A DNA stretch of 64,000 nucleotides from a virus: positions 8,813 to 72,812 of the IMG/VR virus record IMGVR_UViG_3300045141_000181. One strand, 5' to 3'. Position numbers and translations under genes: made by a program. Each line of letters begins with the position of its first letter. Position 1 is the first letter of the stretch. The notes under the pieces are model-generated. The model was not told the DNA's origin and did not search any database. It saw only the letters and a list, made by a program, of their open reading frames with translations. This document shows, piece after piece, positions 1-9,310 of the stretch.

Positions 1-622
1 TGTTGATGTAGAAGATTCCGTATGCCTGAATCGTATTGGCGGCCGAATCTGTCGCGACCACTTGCAGCAGATGAGCGCCCGCCGCTAGTCCGGAAGCATC
101 TACCGTCAGCGCCCAGCCGAAATTAGGGGAGCCAGCCATTCCGGGCCTTGCTGCGGCTACGTCGGTGCGCGGAATGCCGATTGTCACAGTCCCGGCTGGC
201 GCGATGCCGTCTATTACCATCGTCACGCCCGTAACCGTATTGACCGCTCCAGCGACTGCCCATCCGAAGAAATTGATATTTAGTACGCCACCGACCGGAG
301 TGTAGACAAACGTGTGTGATGGCTCCGGATTGTCGATCTGGATCTCGAAATCTCCGTCAAGATTGTGATAGTTCCCGCCCGGTGCGCCTACAAGATTCTG
401 GATTCCCGGCTCGATCCAGTTGTAAATACCGGTCACTTTAGCCGACACTGTTGGATTGATCGCGATGGTTCCAGGGCGCATACCGGACACTCCCGGAGAG
501 ATCCGCGCATTCTGCATTGCAGAGGCGCGCGCGGGCGTTCCCTTACGTTTCTGCGCAGTGGTCGACCATTGGCCCCTCGGCGTAGTGATTTCCTTGCCGG
601 GGGCAAATCCGCTGATTGACAT
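1..622 (-). CDS. Putative virion/tail protein with Ig-like domain (runs off window start)
   Basis: Not in ORF track because it is open at the edge. ATG at 622 reads MSISGFAPGKE...GWAVAG...VIDG...PRTDVAAARPG...GWALTVDASGLAAGAHLLQVVATD with no stop, an Ig-like pattern. Confidence 0.7.
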   Translation of the reverse strand, partial: MSISGFAPGKEITTPRGQWSTTAQKRKGTPARASAMQNARISPGVSGMRPGTIAINPTVSAKVTGIYNWIEPGIQNLVGAPGGNYHNLDGDFEIQIDNPEPSHTFVYTPVGGVLNINFFGWAVAGAVNTVTGVTMVIDGIAPAGTVTIGIPRTDVAAARPGMAGSPNFGWALTVDASGLAAGAHLLQVVATDSAANTIQAYGIFYIN

Positions 623-666
623 TTGGAGGGATGGCAGCCGCCCCGGTTAGAACGGCTGCCGGTTTA

Positions 667-1284
667 CTACAGGGTTACGATTGAATACCAGATCTGGACT
701 TTTGCGGTTCCAGTTCCGGCCGCAAATGCCGTTGACCCGTTGGTGATATCGATACCGAGGTTCGCCGGTACAGTCAGCGCGGTTGCACTCGCGTTACCGA
801 GCACAACGTTCTGACTCCCAGCACCACCGGTTACAACGGCCGCAGCAATCGTTCCGGTATGAGCGATGCTTGATCCGTGGTAATCGAACTCGACCGTGCC
901 GCCTCCGGTGAATGCTGTCGATGTGCGCGTCATCTCAAACAAGATCTGCTTGACGACGATAGCCTTACCCGCCCCAGGTGCGGCGAGGATGGAGACGGGT
1001 GCCCCGTTCATTGCAATGATATTGGCAGCCGTCAGGCTGACGGTTGCGGCAGAGAGCGTGGATCCGTCAGCAAATACGACGTTGTTGTTCGCGTCGACTC
1101 CAATGATGTTGACGACGCCCGTATTGGCCGCATTGATCGCAGTAACGAATTCGCCGTTGAGGATCGTCGGGGGTTGCCCGAATTGCGTAGACTCTCCCGT
1201 GTTGCCGAACCATCCATATTGCATGGTTCTGCGCAGAGAGGCTAGAAAGTTCGTTTTTGTTCCTGTTGCTGGTGCGAATGCCAT
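667..1284 (-). CDS. Putative virion structural protein (205 aa, G/A/T-rich, beta-strand-like)
   Basis: Composition, upstream RBS and position in the late operon. Confidence 0.7.
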   Translation of the reverse strand: MAFAPATGTKTNFLASLRRTMQYGWFGNTGESTQFGQPPTILNGEFVTAINAANTGVVNIIGVDANNNVVFADGSTLSAATVSLTAANIIAMNGAPVSILAAPGAGKAIVVKQILFEMTRTSTAFTGGGTVEFDYHGSSIAHTGTIAAAVVTGGAGSQNVVLGNASATALTVPANLGIDITNGSTAFAAGTGTAKVQIWYSIVTL

Positions 1285-1316
1285 GGTAGTTTCCTCTTTT
1301 CTCGGGAGACTACCCG

Positions 1317-1775
1317 CTAATTCACATTCTGGCCGCCGCGTGCATAGACGAGATAGAACGTTACCGTCTCGCTACATGCACCGTCGGCAAACTCAGTCGT
1401 ACCGTTGTAAAGACGGATCGTGGCTGGGCAAGTCGCCAACTGTAAATCGGGTCGCACATTGGTCGATGATCCACCGGCGAACGGGTACGTGGCAGGATTC
1501 GTGTATGTCGGCGTGCCAACGACCAGCGCGGCAGGCAGATACTTACCGGTCGACGATACTCCCTCTACCGACAATCCGACCACGTCAGCCGGATTAATGT
1601 AGGCCATCGAGAACGGTGCGGCTTGAGTGAGCGGGATGGTGAGGTCAATCGGTAGACCACCGCTTGCTGTGGCGTAAGTAGTGGCCGATGCGACGACGGT
1701 CACTTGAATAAAAGACGGATCTGCGCCTACGGCGATTCTGCCGAAACTGGCGACACTTTGCGTGGTTGCAGCCAT
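1317..1775 (-). CDS. Putative virion structural protein (152 aa)
   Basis: Start revised to MAATTQS after an AAGGAG RBS; late operon context. Confidence 0.65.
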   Translation of the reverse strand: MAATTQSVASFGRIAVGADPSFIQVTVVASATTYATASGGLPIDLTIPLTQAAPFSMAYINPADVVGLSVEGVSSTGKYLPAALVVGTPTYTNPATYPFAGGSSTNVRPDLQLATCPATIRLYNGTTEFADGACSETVTFYLVYARGGQNVN

Positions 1776-1940
1776 TGAAATTCTCCTTATTTCAATCTGA
1801 TAAACGGTTCGGGGTTGATACAAACGCGGCGCACCGCGTCAAGACTTTGAGATTGTTGGTTTTCGACTTACAATAGAAAAGGCCCCGCGCTATGCCAATA
1901 GCGCTAAGGGCCATGCACGCGAGCGATTGAGGCGCTCAAT

Positions 1941-2396
1941 ATGCACCCTAATTCTAAAACACTTGCCTGCCTTGGAAAGTTCATTAGTCCTGAACCCACT
2001 TCTGGCTGTTGGCTTTGGCTGGGATCTACCGACTCCGGCGGATACGGCGTGATAAAGATTTGTAGTACATTGCGCCAAGCGCACCGTATTTTTTACGAAA
2101 TGCTCAAGCATCCGATTCCTGAAGGTTTGGAGCTTGACCATCTTTGTAGAGTGCATTGTTGCGTGAACCCAGATCATCTGGAGCCGGTAACTCACGCAGA
2201 GAATCAGCGCAGATCACACACAGGTAATCGCAAAGGCAACGGAGGCATTAATAATGCCCGAAAGACGCATTGCCCTAAAGGTCATCCCTACGACGCAGTG
2301 AACACCCTGACGTGCAAGGGTAAGCGACATTGTCTTGCTTGTAATAGGTCCTACTACCGCGACCATGTATCTAGGCAATCCAGCCGAACATCATAA
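1941..2396 (+). CDS. Free-standing HNH homing endonuclease, antisense to late operon
   Basis: GCWLWLG, AHR and DHLCRVHCCVNPDHLEPVT motifs, with a C-terminal KTHCPKGHPY...CLAC zinc module. Confidence 0.9.
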   Translation: MHPNSKTLACLGKFISPEPTSGCWLWLGSTDSGGYGVIKICSTLRQAHRIFYEMLKHPIPEGLELDHLCRVHCCVNPDHLEPVTHAENQRRSHTGNRKGNGGINNARKTHCPKGHPYDAVNTLTCKGKRHCLACNRSYYRDHVSRQSSRTS

Positions 2397-2736
2397 TCGA
2401 GTCCCCAACTTGCGGCGTCTGACCAACCGAGAAGACCATATAGCGATTGCCAAACGATACGTCGTAATTCAGAGTCATAAGCACGCCGTTTCTCCAGATT
2501 TGAGCGCGGCGAAGCACCACCCCGACGTGAAAGATTCGGTTTGTCCCGTCAATCGGCCCTATGATCGTGCCGGGATACACGATGCTGTCGCCATATCCGC
2601 CCTCACCATAGCCGCCGTCGCCGTATCCGAGCAATACATCCTTGCTCGTGAACTGCATCGGTGGCGCGGACCCGAGATTGCCAAGGTAGCCGCCGTAGTT
2701 CGGAACCCCGAACCCGCCTTGTCCGAATCCACTCAT
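2371..2736 (-). CDS. Small virion-associated protein with Gly-Tyr repeats
   Basis: GYGDGGYGEGGYG; shares the IDGTN..F...RNGV...PQ.GD motif with the C-terminus of the upstream gene. Confidence 0.65.
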   Translation of the reverse strand: MSGFGQGGFGVPNYGGYLGNLGSAPPMQFTSKDVLLGYGDGGYGEGGYGDSIVYPGTIIGPIDGTNRIFHVGVVLRRAQIWRNGVLMTLNYDVSFGNRYMVFSVGQTPQVGDSIMMFGWIA

Positions 2737-3734
2737 GACGACGGTGCCAAATAGACCTCGAAGGTTAATATGTCTCCGGGCTGCGGTGCCGATCCGCTCA
2801 TGAACGTGACGACATTGCTGATGTACGTGTAGTCCACCAGGAACGTTAGCCCGACGCCGTTACGAAACACAAGAATCTGGGAGACAATGCCGAAAATGTT
2901 AAGCGTAAATACGGTATTGGTTCCGTCGATCACGCCCACGACAGAACCGTCGTTCGTGCCGGTCGATAGTTGAATAGGCACGTTTTGCGCGCCGCCGCCC
3001 GTTGTCCCTTGCTGCGCGGCCACGTACGGGATTGCGCGTCCCGCCCACAAGCGCCGCCCAGCCTGGAACGGTCTGTGCGCAATCTGCACATTTTGCCGAC
3101 TGCGCACGAGCGGCTGGATGAGCATGTAGAGCTGACCGCCCATCGAGCCTAGGAGGTACTTCGGCCCTACGGCCTGCAGGAAGCAACGCTGCGCGATGGC
3201 ATCGTATCCCTTGCGCTGGCCCGCCACACCTACGGCATAGTTACTGAGGAAGGAAAGGCTAGAATCAACCATGACCTGAGTGGCATCGGCAGCAGGAGAT
3301 ACCGGCGCGGTGCCGGATGCTTCCCACTTGATTTCGAGTTGTATGTTCTGTGTGGCACCAATCCAATAAAATGTGTTATTCCTCCAGTTGAACCAGCGCA
3401 GCATATCGCTAGGCTGGCGCTGCGGAAGAACATCGACTGAGGTCATTTCGCGGAACTTATCGCTACTACCCAATGGCCGCTCGCGGAGGAAGACATAATC
3501 CCCGAAGTCCGCAATACCCATGTCGGCGGGCGTCATCCCGGTATTCATCGCCGGTACCGTGATCTGCTGCATCAACTCGATGCGCGGACACTGCGCCGTA
3601 AGCATTGCGGCAAATAGAGAGTCAAAAGCCTCACCGAATGCCGCGTTGAATACATCGTCGGTAAACACGGCTCCGCTCGGGTCATCGAGCAAAGCCCGGA
3701 AGCGCGTCTTGACCATGCCGACGGTTGGATACAT
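2733..3734 (-). CDS. Putative head-completion / head-tail adaptor protein
   Basis: N-terminus TVGMVKTRFRALLDDP...FTD resembles adaptor proteins; located downstream of the capsid gene. Confidence 0.55.
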   Translation of the reverse strand: MYPTVGMVKTRFRALLDDPSGAVFTDDVFNAAFGEAFDSLFAAMLTAQCPRIELMQQITVPAMNTGMTPADMGIADFGDYVFLRERPLGSSDKFREMTSVDVLPQRQPSDMLRWFNWRNNTFYWIGATQNIQLEIKWEASGTAPVSPAADATQVMVDSSLSFLSNYAVGVAGQRKGYDAIAQRCFLQAVGPKYLLGSMGGQLYMLIQPLVRSRQNVQIAHRPFQAGRRLWAGRAIPYVAAQQGTTGGGAQNVPIQLSTGTNDGSVVGVIDGTNTVFTLNIFGIVSQILVFRNGVGLTFLVDYTYISNVVTFMSGSAPQPGDILTFEVYLAPSS

Positions 3735-3735
3735 C

Positions 3736-5934
3736 TTACGGGCAGCTCGTGCTTGTCAGAATTCCGCCGGTAAATACTAAGTTGCAAGCGCCGCCGCCAC
3801 CACCAGTTACCGATATGGTCTGCGTAAGTCCAGCGGTGCCGCCCACGTTATAACCCCCGGTAACATTCAGATGCCCGGTAGTGAGCAATTGCATAATCGG
3901 GGTGCCGGAAATAGGCGTATTGAACGTTTTAGAAAACCAGTCGAACGCGATAGAATCAGCGGAATAGCTCCACGCCAACGGATGCGCCACGTTTGTCCCT
4001 TGGCTGGACCCAAATCCAGATGACCAATTCGGATCGCCTAGATTAATCTGCTCGTTGTAGTGATTCCCGCCGCTGTCTCCACCGGACGCCTCCAGGTTCA
4101 TAACTTGCAATCCGGCCGAATCCGTTACATGCGTTCCGCTGATGTCCAATACAGGGTTGTACTTCGTCGTGTCGTTGACAATAGGATTCTGCGCGATTGT
4201 GCCCTTTGGCGTGCTCTTGAACACCAGAAGGTTCTGTAATGCCGCCGCGCTTAATACCCGGTCTGTAGCGCCTGATCCGCCCGGTCCCTGCGATGGCACC
4301 GTGTATAACTTCATGCCCGCCTCAGTCCCGTACGTTCCTATCCAGCACGCGCCGCCGTTATTGGTTCCATCCGTCTTTAGTCGCCAATTGGTCCCGTCCC
4401 ATGCGCAATTGACCCCAAGTCCGAACTGGAAACCATTCGACGAGCCGACCGATGGGATTAAGCCGGTGGCTGGATTGTCGACACCAACAGACCGCGCGGC
4501 TATTTTTAGGCCAGTGCGCGGATCCATTCTCAACACTTGATTTAGCGGATTGGCGCATACATTTGTGGCATCGCCGAACCCTAGCGCGCAAAGGCTGAAA
4601 GTATTGTTAGCCGAGTCGAATATCGAGATGAACGGGCTAGATATGCTGTTGCCCGAAAAATACCCGAAGTTCATGATTCCGGCATTGTCGGCAGCAATGA
4701 TTTGCGGCGTGACTGGCGTGCCGCCGATAGTCGCCGTGCCGGTATCCCACGATTGCGAAGTGTTTAAGGAAGTAACGCGCGCTACTTGCTGTTGCTTTGC
4801 TGCGCCGTCGTACACACCGGGGGTTATTACGCCTCCCGGAGACAAGATATTGACCGTGCCCCATCCCCAGAAGTTCCCGCTAGCCGTGACGTGTACCGAT
4901 TGCGCAGTATGCGCACCGCTGTACTCGCCCGTAACCATGTACTCGTTTTCGGCTACGTTTCCGTCGCTCTGGATGCATGTTGGCGGCGAAGTGAATGACG
5001 CACCATCGTCCATATTGCACGTGCTCGTAAAGCTCGTGTTGTACATGAATACGCCGGTCTTGAACCAGAATCCGATCTGTCCGGAATGCGCATTCGCCGA
5101 CACATTTAGGAATCGGTTGTATCCAAAACTCGTGTTGGAAGGACTCCCAACCGTCTCAAAGATCCAGCCGGTCGTGTTGTAGGGATCGGTCGGATAAATC
5201 GATGTTGGAACGCCGCCCGCCCAGACGTTATCCCAGGTGTTTCGCTCAGTCCATGCGCCGCCGTTATCCGGGAAGCAATCCAGCCGATCTTGAACGCGAA
5301 TTCCAGCGGCGCTCGCTCCGGTGTAGCCGGTTGCGAAGATCTGTTGGAATACCGCTCCTACGATGCATCCGGTTTGTAGTCCAGCGGATCCGGTTGCCGT
5401 TCCTACGATTCCAAATTTCCCGTAATATCCGGCAGGCTCAACGGAAAACGGACTCATTTGAATCACTACGCCGGGGATAAACGTCGCCGGAACGTGATGG
5501 ATCAGCGCGCAGGATTCGTTTTCGCCCTCGAAGTTAACAAGTTGTGAATGAATTGTAAACGTCCCGGTAAGTCGATACGTGCCGCACGGCATGAAGATCG
5601 TCCCACCGCCCGCCGCTACTGCCGCCGCATATGTCGCATTGAACGCCGCCGTCTGATCGCCCGTGTCATCGCCCACCGCGCCAAATGCTTTCACGTTGAA
5701 CACCGTAGACCCTGGATTGGATCCCGGCTGATAGTGTGAGCCGTCGCAGATGTAGAGCGTATCCGTGGTGGTGAGGTAGAACTGATTCCCGGCAATGGAG
5801 CACGAACTGGGAACCACCGTTCCCGACGTGATCGGCTTATTGCGGATCTGCGTGTTGTAGTCGATCATCGTCTGCGAGAACGCAGGCACTGACCACACCA
5901 TCAGAACCGACAAGTATAGGAAGTAGCGGCGCAT
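3736..5934 (-). CDS. Tailspike-like beta-helix protein (pectate-lyase-3-like N-terminus) with predicted signal peptide
   Basis: Start revised to MRRYFLYLSVLMVWSVPAFSQ; NVKAFGAVGDD..DQTAAFNA...GGTIFMPCGTY motif. Confidence 0.75.
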   Translation of the reverse strand: MRRYFLYLSVLMVWSVPAFSQTMIDYNTQIRNKPITSGTVVPSSCSIAGNQFYLTTTDTLYICDGSHYQPGSNPGSTVFNVKAFGAVGDDTGDQTAAFNATYAAAVAAGGGTIFMPCGTYRLTGTFTIHSQLVNFEGENESCALIHHVPATFIPGVVIQMSPFSVEPAGYYGKFGIVGTATGSAGLQTGCIVGAVFQQIFATGYTGASAAGIRVQDRLDCFPDNGGAWTERNTWDNVWAGGVPTSIYPTDPYNTTGWIFETVGSPSNTSFGYNRFLNVSANAHSGQIGFWFKTGVFMYNTSFTSTCNMDDGASFTSPPTCIQSDGNVAENEYMVTGEYSGAHTAQSVHVTASGNFWGWGTVNILSPGGVITPGVYDGAAKQQQVARVTSLNTSQSWDTGTATIGGTPVTPQIIAADNAGIMNFGYFSGNSISSPFISIFDSANNTFSLCALGFGDATNVCANPLNQVLRMDPRTGLKIAARSVGVDNPATGLIPSVGSSNGFQFGLGVNCAWDGTNWRLKTDGTNNGGACWIGTYGTEAGMKLYTVPSQGPGGSGATDRVLSAAALQNLLVFKSTPKGTIAQNPIVNDTTKYNPVLDISGTHVTDSAGLQVMNLEASGGDSGGNHYNEQINLGDPNWSSGFGSSQGTNVAHPLAWSYSADSIAFDWFSKTFNTPISGTPIMQLLTTGHLNVTGGYNVGGTAGLTQTISVTGGGGGACNLVFTGGILTSTSCP

Positions 5935-5936
5935 TT

Positions 5937-6695
5937 TTATGCTGCGGGCTGGCTTGCGTTCGTCTTCGCCTGCTTGATCGCCGCGCCCTTGAGCGCTTCG
6001 CGTTCTGCCCATCGATCCATATCCACAACTTGCTGGCAGTGCGGGCAGACAACCGCCTCTTTCGAGATCGAGCGCGTGCACATCGGGCAATTGACCACAT
6101 CGAGCGCCGCACCCTCGCGCATCCACGGCGCGACTACGCCGAAATGCGTTGCCGCGGCCCGCGCCGGTGGGGGCACCAGCGGAATGCGCTTAGGGTTGCC
6201 GTCGGTGAATGCGGTGGCATCTTGAATCAGCCGATGACCATAGATCTGGTTGGCATTGTGCGCCGCTGCTAGATCTTCATCCCACATCTGTTTCTTCTCT
6301 GCCGCAGTAGCGTCCCGATACAGCGCCTTTCCTTCGGCGTCCATCTGGATCTGCCCGTCCCGTTCCCCGCCTTCGTGAATCAGGGGAATCGTCTCGCGAA
6401 CCATAAAGATTCCCGGATGACATTCCGGCGTCATCATGTGGCCGCTTGCAGCCCACTCGTTGACGAGATCACGCGCGATGTCACCGGCGTTGATCAGGTA
6501 GCGACGCTTCTGGCGCTTGCCTCCCTGCCCGAGAATGTAGGGACCTTCCTCGACCTGGACCTTGTCGGTCAATTCAAGAATGATCGGATCCGCGCCGCGT
6601 GGTACGGCCGGAATGTCGTAAGGCCCGTGGCCGAACGTGCTGCGATCGGCATGTACGGGATAGAAATAGACAGACGCTATGCGTGCTGTGCTCAT
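5937..6695 (-). CDS. Hypothetical protein with C-terminal zinc ribbon
   Basis: CPMC-x10-CPHC motif; tightly packed in the operon. Confidence 0.7.
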   Translation of the reverse strand: MSTARIASVYFYPVHADRSTFGHGPYDIPAVPRGADPIILELTDKVQVEEGPYILGQGGKRQKRRYLINAGDIARDLVNEWAASGHMMTPECHPGIFMVRETIPLIHEGGERDGQIQMDAEGKALYRDATAAEKKQMWDEDLAAAHNANQIYGHRLIQDATAFTDGNPKRIPLVPPPARAAATHFGVVAPWMREGAALDVVNCPMCTRSISKEAVVCPHCQQVVDMDRWAEREALKGAAIKQAKTNASQPAA

Positions 6696-7165
6696 GATGT
6701 TGCTCCTCTGTAACCTGTTTGCTCGTAACTGTCGATCGCCGAGTAGTTCTGGTTCTGAACGTACTCAGTCCATTCGTCATCTACGGTTTGTATTTGGCGC
6801 TCCATGTCGGCGTTGACTGAGCGCATTTCCTTCGCGAATGTCGTTGACATCTGCGCATCGAGCGCGCGGATTGCTTTCTGGGTCAGTTCGTCCGACGGCT
6901 CTTGTCCGACCGGCAGCGCCCATTCGACATAGGCGTGATACATGCCGTTTTCCGGGTACGGATAGCGGCTATTAAATTCTTTGTGCCATCGCTCGCGCGG
7001 CCAGTTTGGTTTGTCCCAATGGGTCATAACCCACTGATCGCTGAGATGCTTCGACCAGAAGATGAGGCTTGGACCCCACGCCCAGCGGAATCGCGGTTGT
7101 GTTCCTCCCCGAACAAATCCTAAAGACTCTCCGAGCTTCCGGTTGAGCCGGTCAATATGTGTCAT
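6692..7165 (-). CDS. Hypothetical phage protein (157 aa)
   Basis: ATGA overlap with the next gene; late operon. Confidence 0.7.
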   Translation of the reverse strand: MTHIDRLNRKLGESLGFVRGGTQPRFRWAWGPSLIFWSKHLSDQWVMTHWDKPNWPRERWHKEFNSRYPYPENGMYHAYVEWALPVGQEPSDELTQKAIRALDAQMSTTFAKEMRSVNADMERQIQTVDDEWTEYVQNQNYSAIDSYEQTGYRGATS

Positions 7166-7173
7166 GTGTTTTG

Positions 7174-7206
7174 AAAAAGAGGGGCGGCGTTATGGGTCAC
7201 CGCCCC
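7174..7206 (-). terminator. Rho-independent terminator downstream of capsid + HNH genes
   Basis: Minus strand GGGGCGG-loop-CCGCCCC followed by TCTTTTT. Confidence 0.7.
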
Positions 7207-7233
7207 GTAATGGAGGAAAGAGAATCGCCGCGT

Positions 7234-7935
7234 TTACTGTTCTGCCGCCTTGCGGCGGTCGTACATTCCCTTTTGACGAATGTGGCAGCACTCCCTACAG
7301 CGCTTTTGAACTCCCCACTTCGTCTTGTAGAACAAGACATTGTCTGCCGTGAGCGCGTGCCCGCGCAGGCATTCTTTCTTGAACTTTGCAGGATCCTTTT
7401 TATGCTTAGGGCGAATCCGCTTCGCGTCTCGATGTGACTGTGCCTTGATACGGTCACAAGCCCTGCATTCCCGGTGACCACGCACATTGATGCGCGTGTT
7501 TTCCGGCGTGTACGGGTGCCCTGCAGCGCAACAGTCACGATGTGCGGCAATGCTTGAAGCCGTTCCGGGGGTCAACTCTACGATGTGCTCTCGTGGCGTG
7601 ACCGATAGCGTGTGTTCTGGATTCGCGCACGCGCGCCCAGTACATCTGATCGGTTCTTCTACCTGATGGTGTACGTGGCGTTCCGGTGGCACTGGGCCAT
7701 AGGTAAGCTCGTGGCACAGCCGATGAACGGATAGATTACCAGTCTTTCTTAGGCTACGGATTTTGACGACGCCGTAACCAGCAACGCATGATCTTTTCCA
7801 GAGCCAACAGCCCGTAGCCGGTGAATAGTCCATATTTCCCAGCAAGCGTTCTATCTTCTCTTTTCCAATGCCGAGATGGTCATTGAATATTGCTGGGGAT
7901 GCGATCGATGATTGAATTGCTTCTAGCACTGTCAC
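7234..7935 (-). CDS. Free-standing HNH homing endonuclease with two C-terminal zinc modules
   Basis: GCWLW, VHR and HH...CANPEH motifs; CAAGHPY..CRAC and CLRGH..CREC. Confidence 0.85.
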   Translation of the reverse strand: MTVLEAIQSSIASPAIFNDHLGIGKEKIERLLGNMDYSPATGCWLWKRSCVAGYGVVKIRSLRKTGNLSVHRLCHELTYGPVPPERHVHHQVEEPIRCTGRACANPEHTLSVTPREHIVELTPGTASSIAAHRDCCAAGHPYTPENTRINVRGHRECRACDRIKAQSHRDAKRIRPKHKKDPAKFKKECLRGHALTADNVLFYKTKWGVQKRCRECCHIRQKGMYDRRKAAEQ

Positions 7936-8009
7936 ATCCCCATTTTACTTCAGACTTGCACCAGTGTATAATCTTACTGGATTAGATTTTTCGTTGCCTT
8001 CTGCTATCT

Positions 8010-9281
8010 TTATGAATAATAAGACGATAGCGGAAGATTATTGATAAGACCCTGCTCCCCTGGGTTTATGCAATATAGATCTTGATCGCGAGTGAGTCCG
8101 AACCATACGCCCGCAGCCGGACCACCCGACGCGCCGTACAGCTGAATGAATCGCGCGTCAGGGCCGCTCTTGCCGGGAGTCTCGAAGAACCCATCTGGCG
8201 CGAGTTGCGCACGTCCCCAAGTGCTCGGATCGATGTAGGGCACAACCGTCTGCGATTGGTGGATGTCCACGTAGTGCGGAATGCCGCCCCACATGAACGA
8301 TTCCTTGCCCTTGATCTTCGGCAAGCGATCGACCACCGGAGCAGTGCCGCCGTCGAGCAGCGACATCTGAATCGCCATCATCTGGGTGTAAGCGTACGCG
8401 CGCTGCGCGGGCGCTGCGATTCCCAGAAGATTCGGCACTTCGCCACGATCCATCAAGATGCGGTCATACAGAGCCATGACCGCTTCAGTCGTCAGGCCGT
8501 TGGTGCCGTCTACCGATTTGGAAATGATCTGATTGGTCAATGCGCGGTCGATACCGGCAGTTGTGCCCGATGCGGCATTGCTGATCCAGTACTGCAGACC
8601 GCGAGGACCGGCAGGCTGAGCGCCCGAAACGCCTTCAAACGCGATTAGGTCGCCCGATGCCCCACCAGGCACCACGCCCGATAGAGTCAGCGTGCGAGCT
8701 TGCGTGCCAATCTGAGTCGCCCACAGAACCCCGGCGCTCTTAACCGTAGTGCCGGTCGAGTCGTAGACCGTGTAATACTGCCCGATGCGTAGCAACTGCG
8801 TACCGAACGCATTGGTCATCGTGTAGACCGATACGCCGGTGCCGGTGGAATAGGCGTTGGACGTCGCCAAGAATGCGGTGCCGTTGCCGTGGATGATCTT
8901 GTCCCACAGCAGTTGATTTTCCTTCCACCCGTCCGCGATGCATTGCAGAAACGGATTCTGTACGGCGATTTTCTTGTTGGTCGTCGCCTTGATCTGCATC
9001 TGATCAAATTCGAAGTTAAGTCTCCAACTGAAGAACGACTGGAACATCACGTTGCCGGTCGGTGAAGAGCCGCGCCCCATGTCGCCCAATTGGTTGTCGT
9101 AGTGACCGCCTCGGCCACCGAACGTTAACTTGAACGGAATGCGGTAGTCACGCTCACCGACAATCTCGATCTCGCCTTTGCTGATGAAGTCGGACAGCAC
9201 CTTGAAGTCCGCCTCTGCCCAGAACGGGAAGAGTTTGGTGCGGACTACTTCGGACTGCTGCCAGAGTGTATTTGAAGCCAT
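8010..9281 (-). CDS. Major capsid protein (putative)
   Basis: 423 aa, directly after portal and scaffold; GLQYWI...AGIDR-type motif; followed by a terminator. Confidence 0.75.
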   Translation of the reverse strand: MASNTLWQQSEVVRTKLFPFWAEADFKVLSDFISKGEIEIVGERDYRIPFKLTFGGRGGHYDNQLGDMGRGSSPTGNVMFQSFFSWRLNFEFDQMQIKATTNKKIAVQNPFLQCIADGWKENQLLWDKIIHGNGTAFLATSNAYSTGTGVSVYTMTNAFGTQLLRIGQYYTVYDSTGTTVKSAGVLWATQIGTQARTLTLSGVVPGGASGDLIAFEGVSGAQPAGPRGLQYWISNAASGTTAGIDRALTNQIISKSVDGTNGLTTEAVMALYDRILMDRGEVPNLLGIAAPAQRAYAYTQMMAIQMSLLDGGTAPVVDRLPKIKGKESFMWGGIPHYVDIHQSQTVVPYIDPSTWGRAQLAPDGFFETPGKSGPDARFIQLYGASGGPAAGVWFGLTRDQDLYCINPGEQGLINNLPLSSYYS

Positions 9282-9310
9282 TGGTTAATTCCCCTGATTG
9301 TTTTGCACTC

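Noticed and set aside
896-1597. Long plus-strand ORFs opposite real genes (also 4550-5182, 8082-8648, 14214-14777, 47008-47637)
   Set aside because: Antisense shadows expected in GC-rich coding DNA; no motifs or RBS.
5935-6126. ORF-track N-terminal extensions (also 32909-32992, 38809-39087, 45206-45322, 55534-55794, 25924-26019)
   Set aside because: Most overlap upstream genes and all lack RBS support; downstream ATGs give proper signal peptides or family N-termini.
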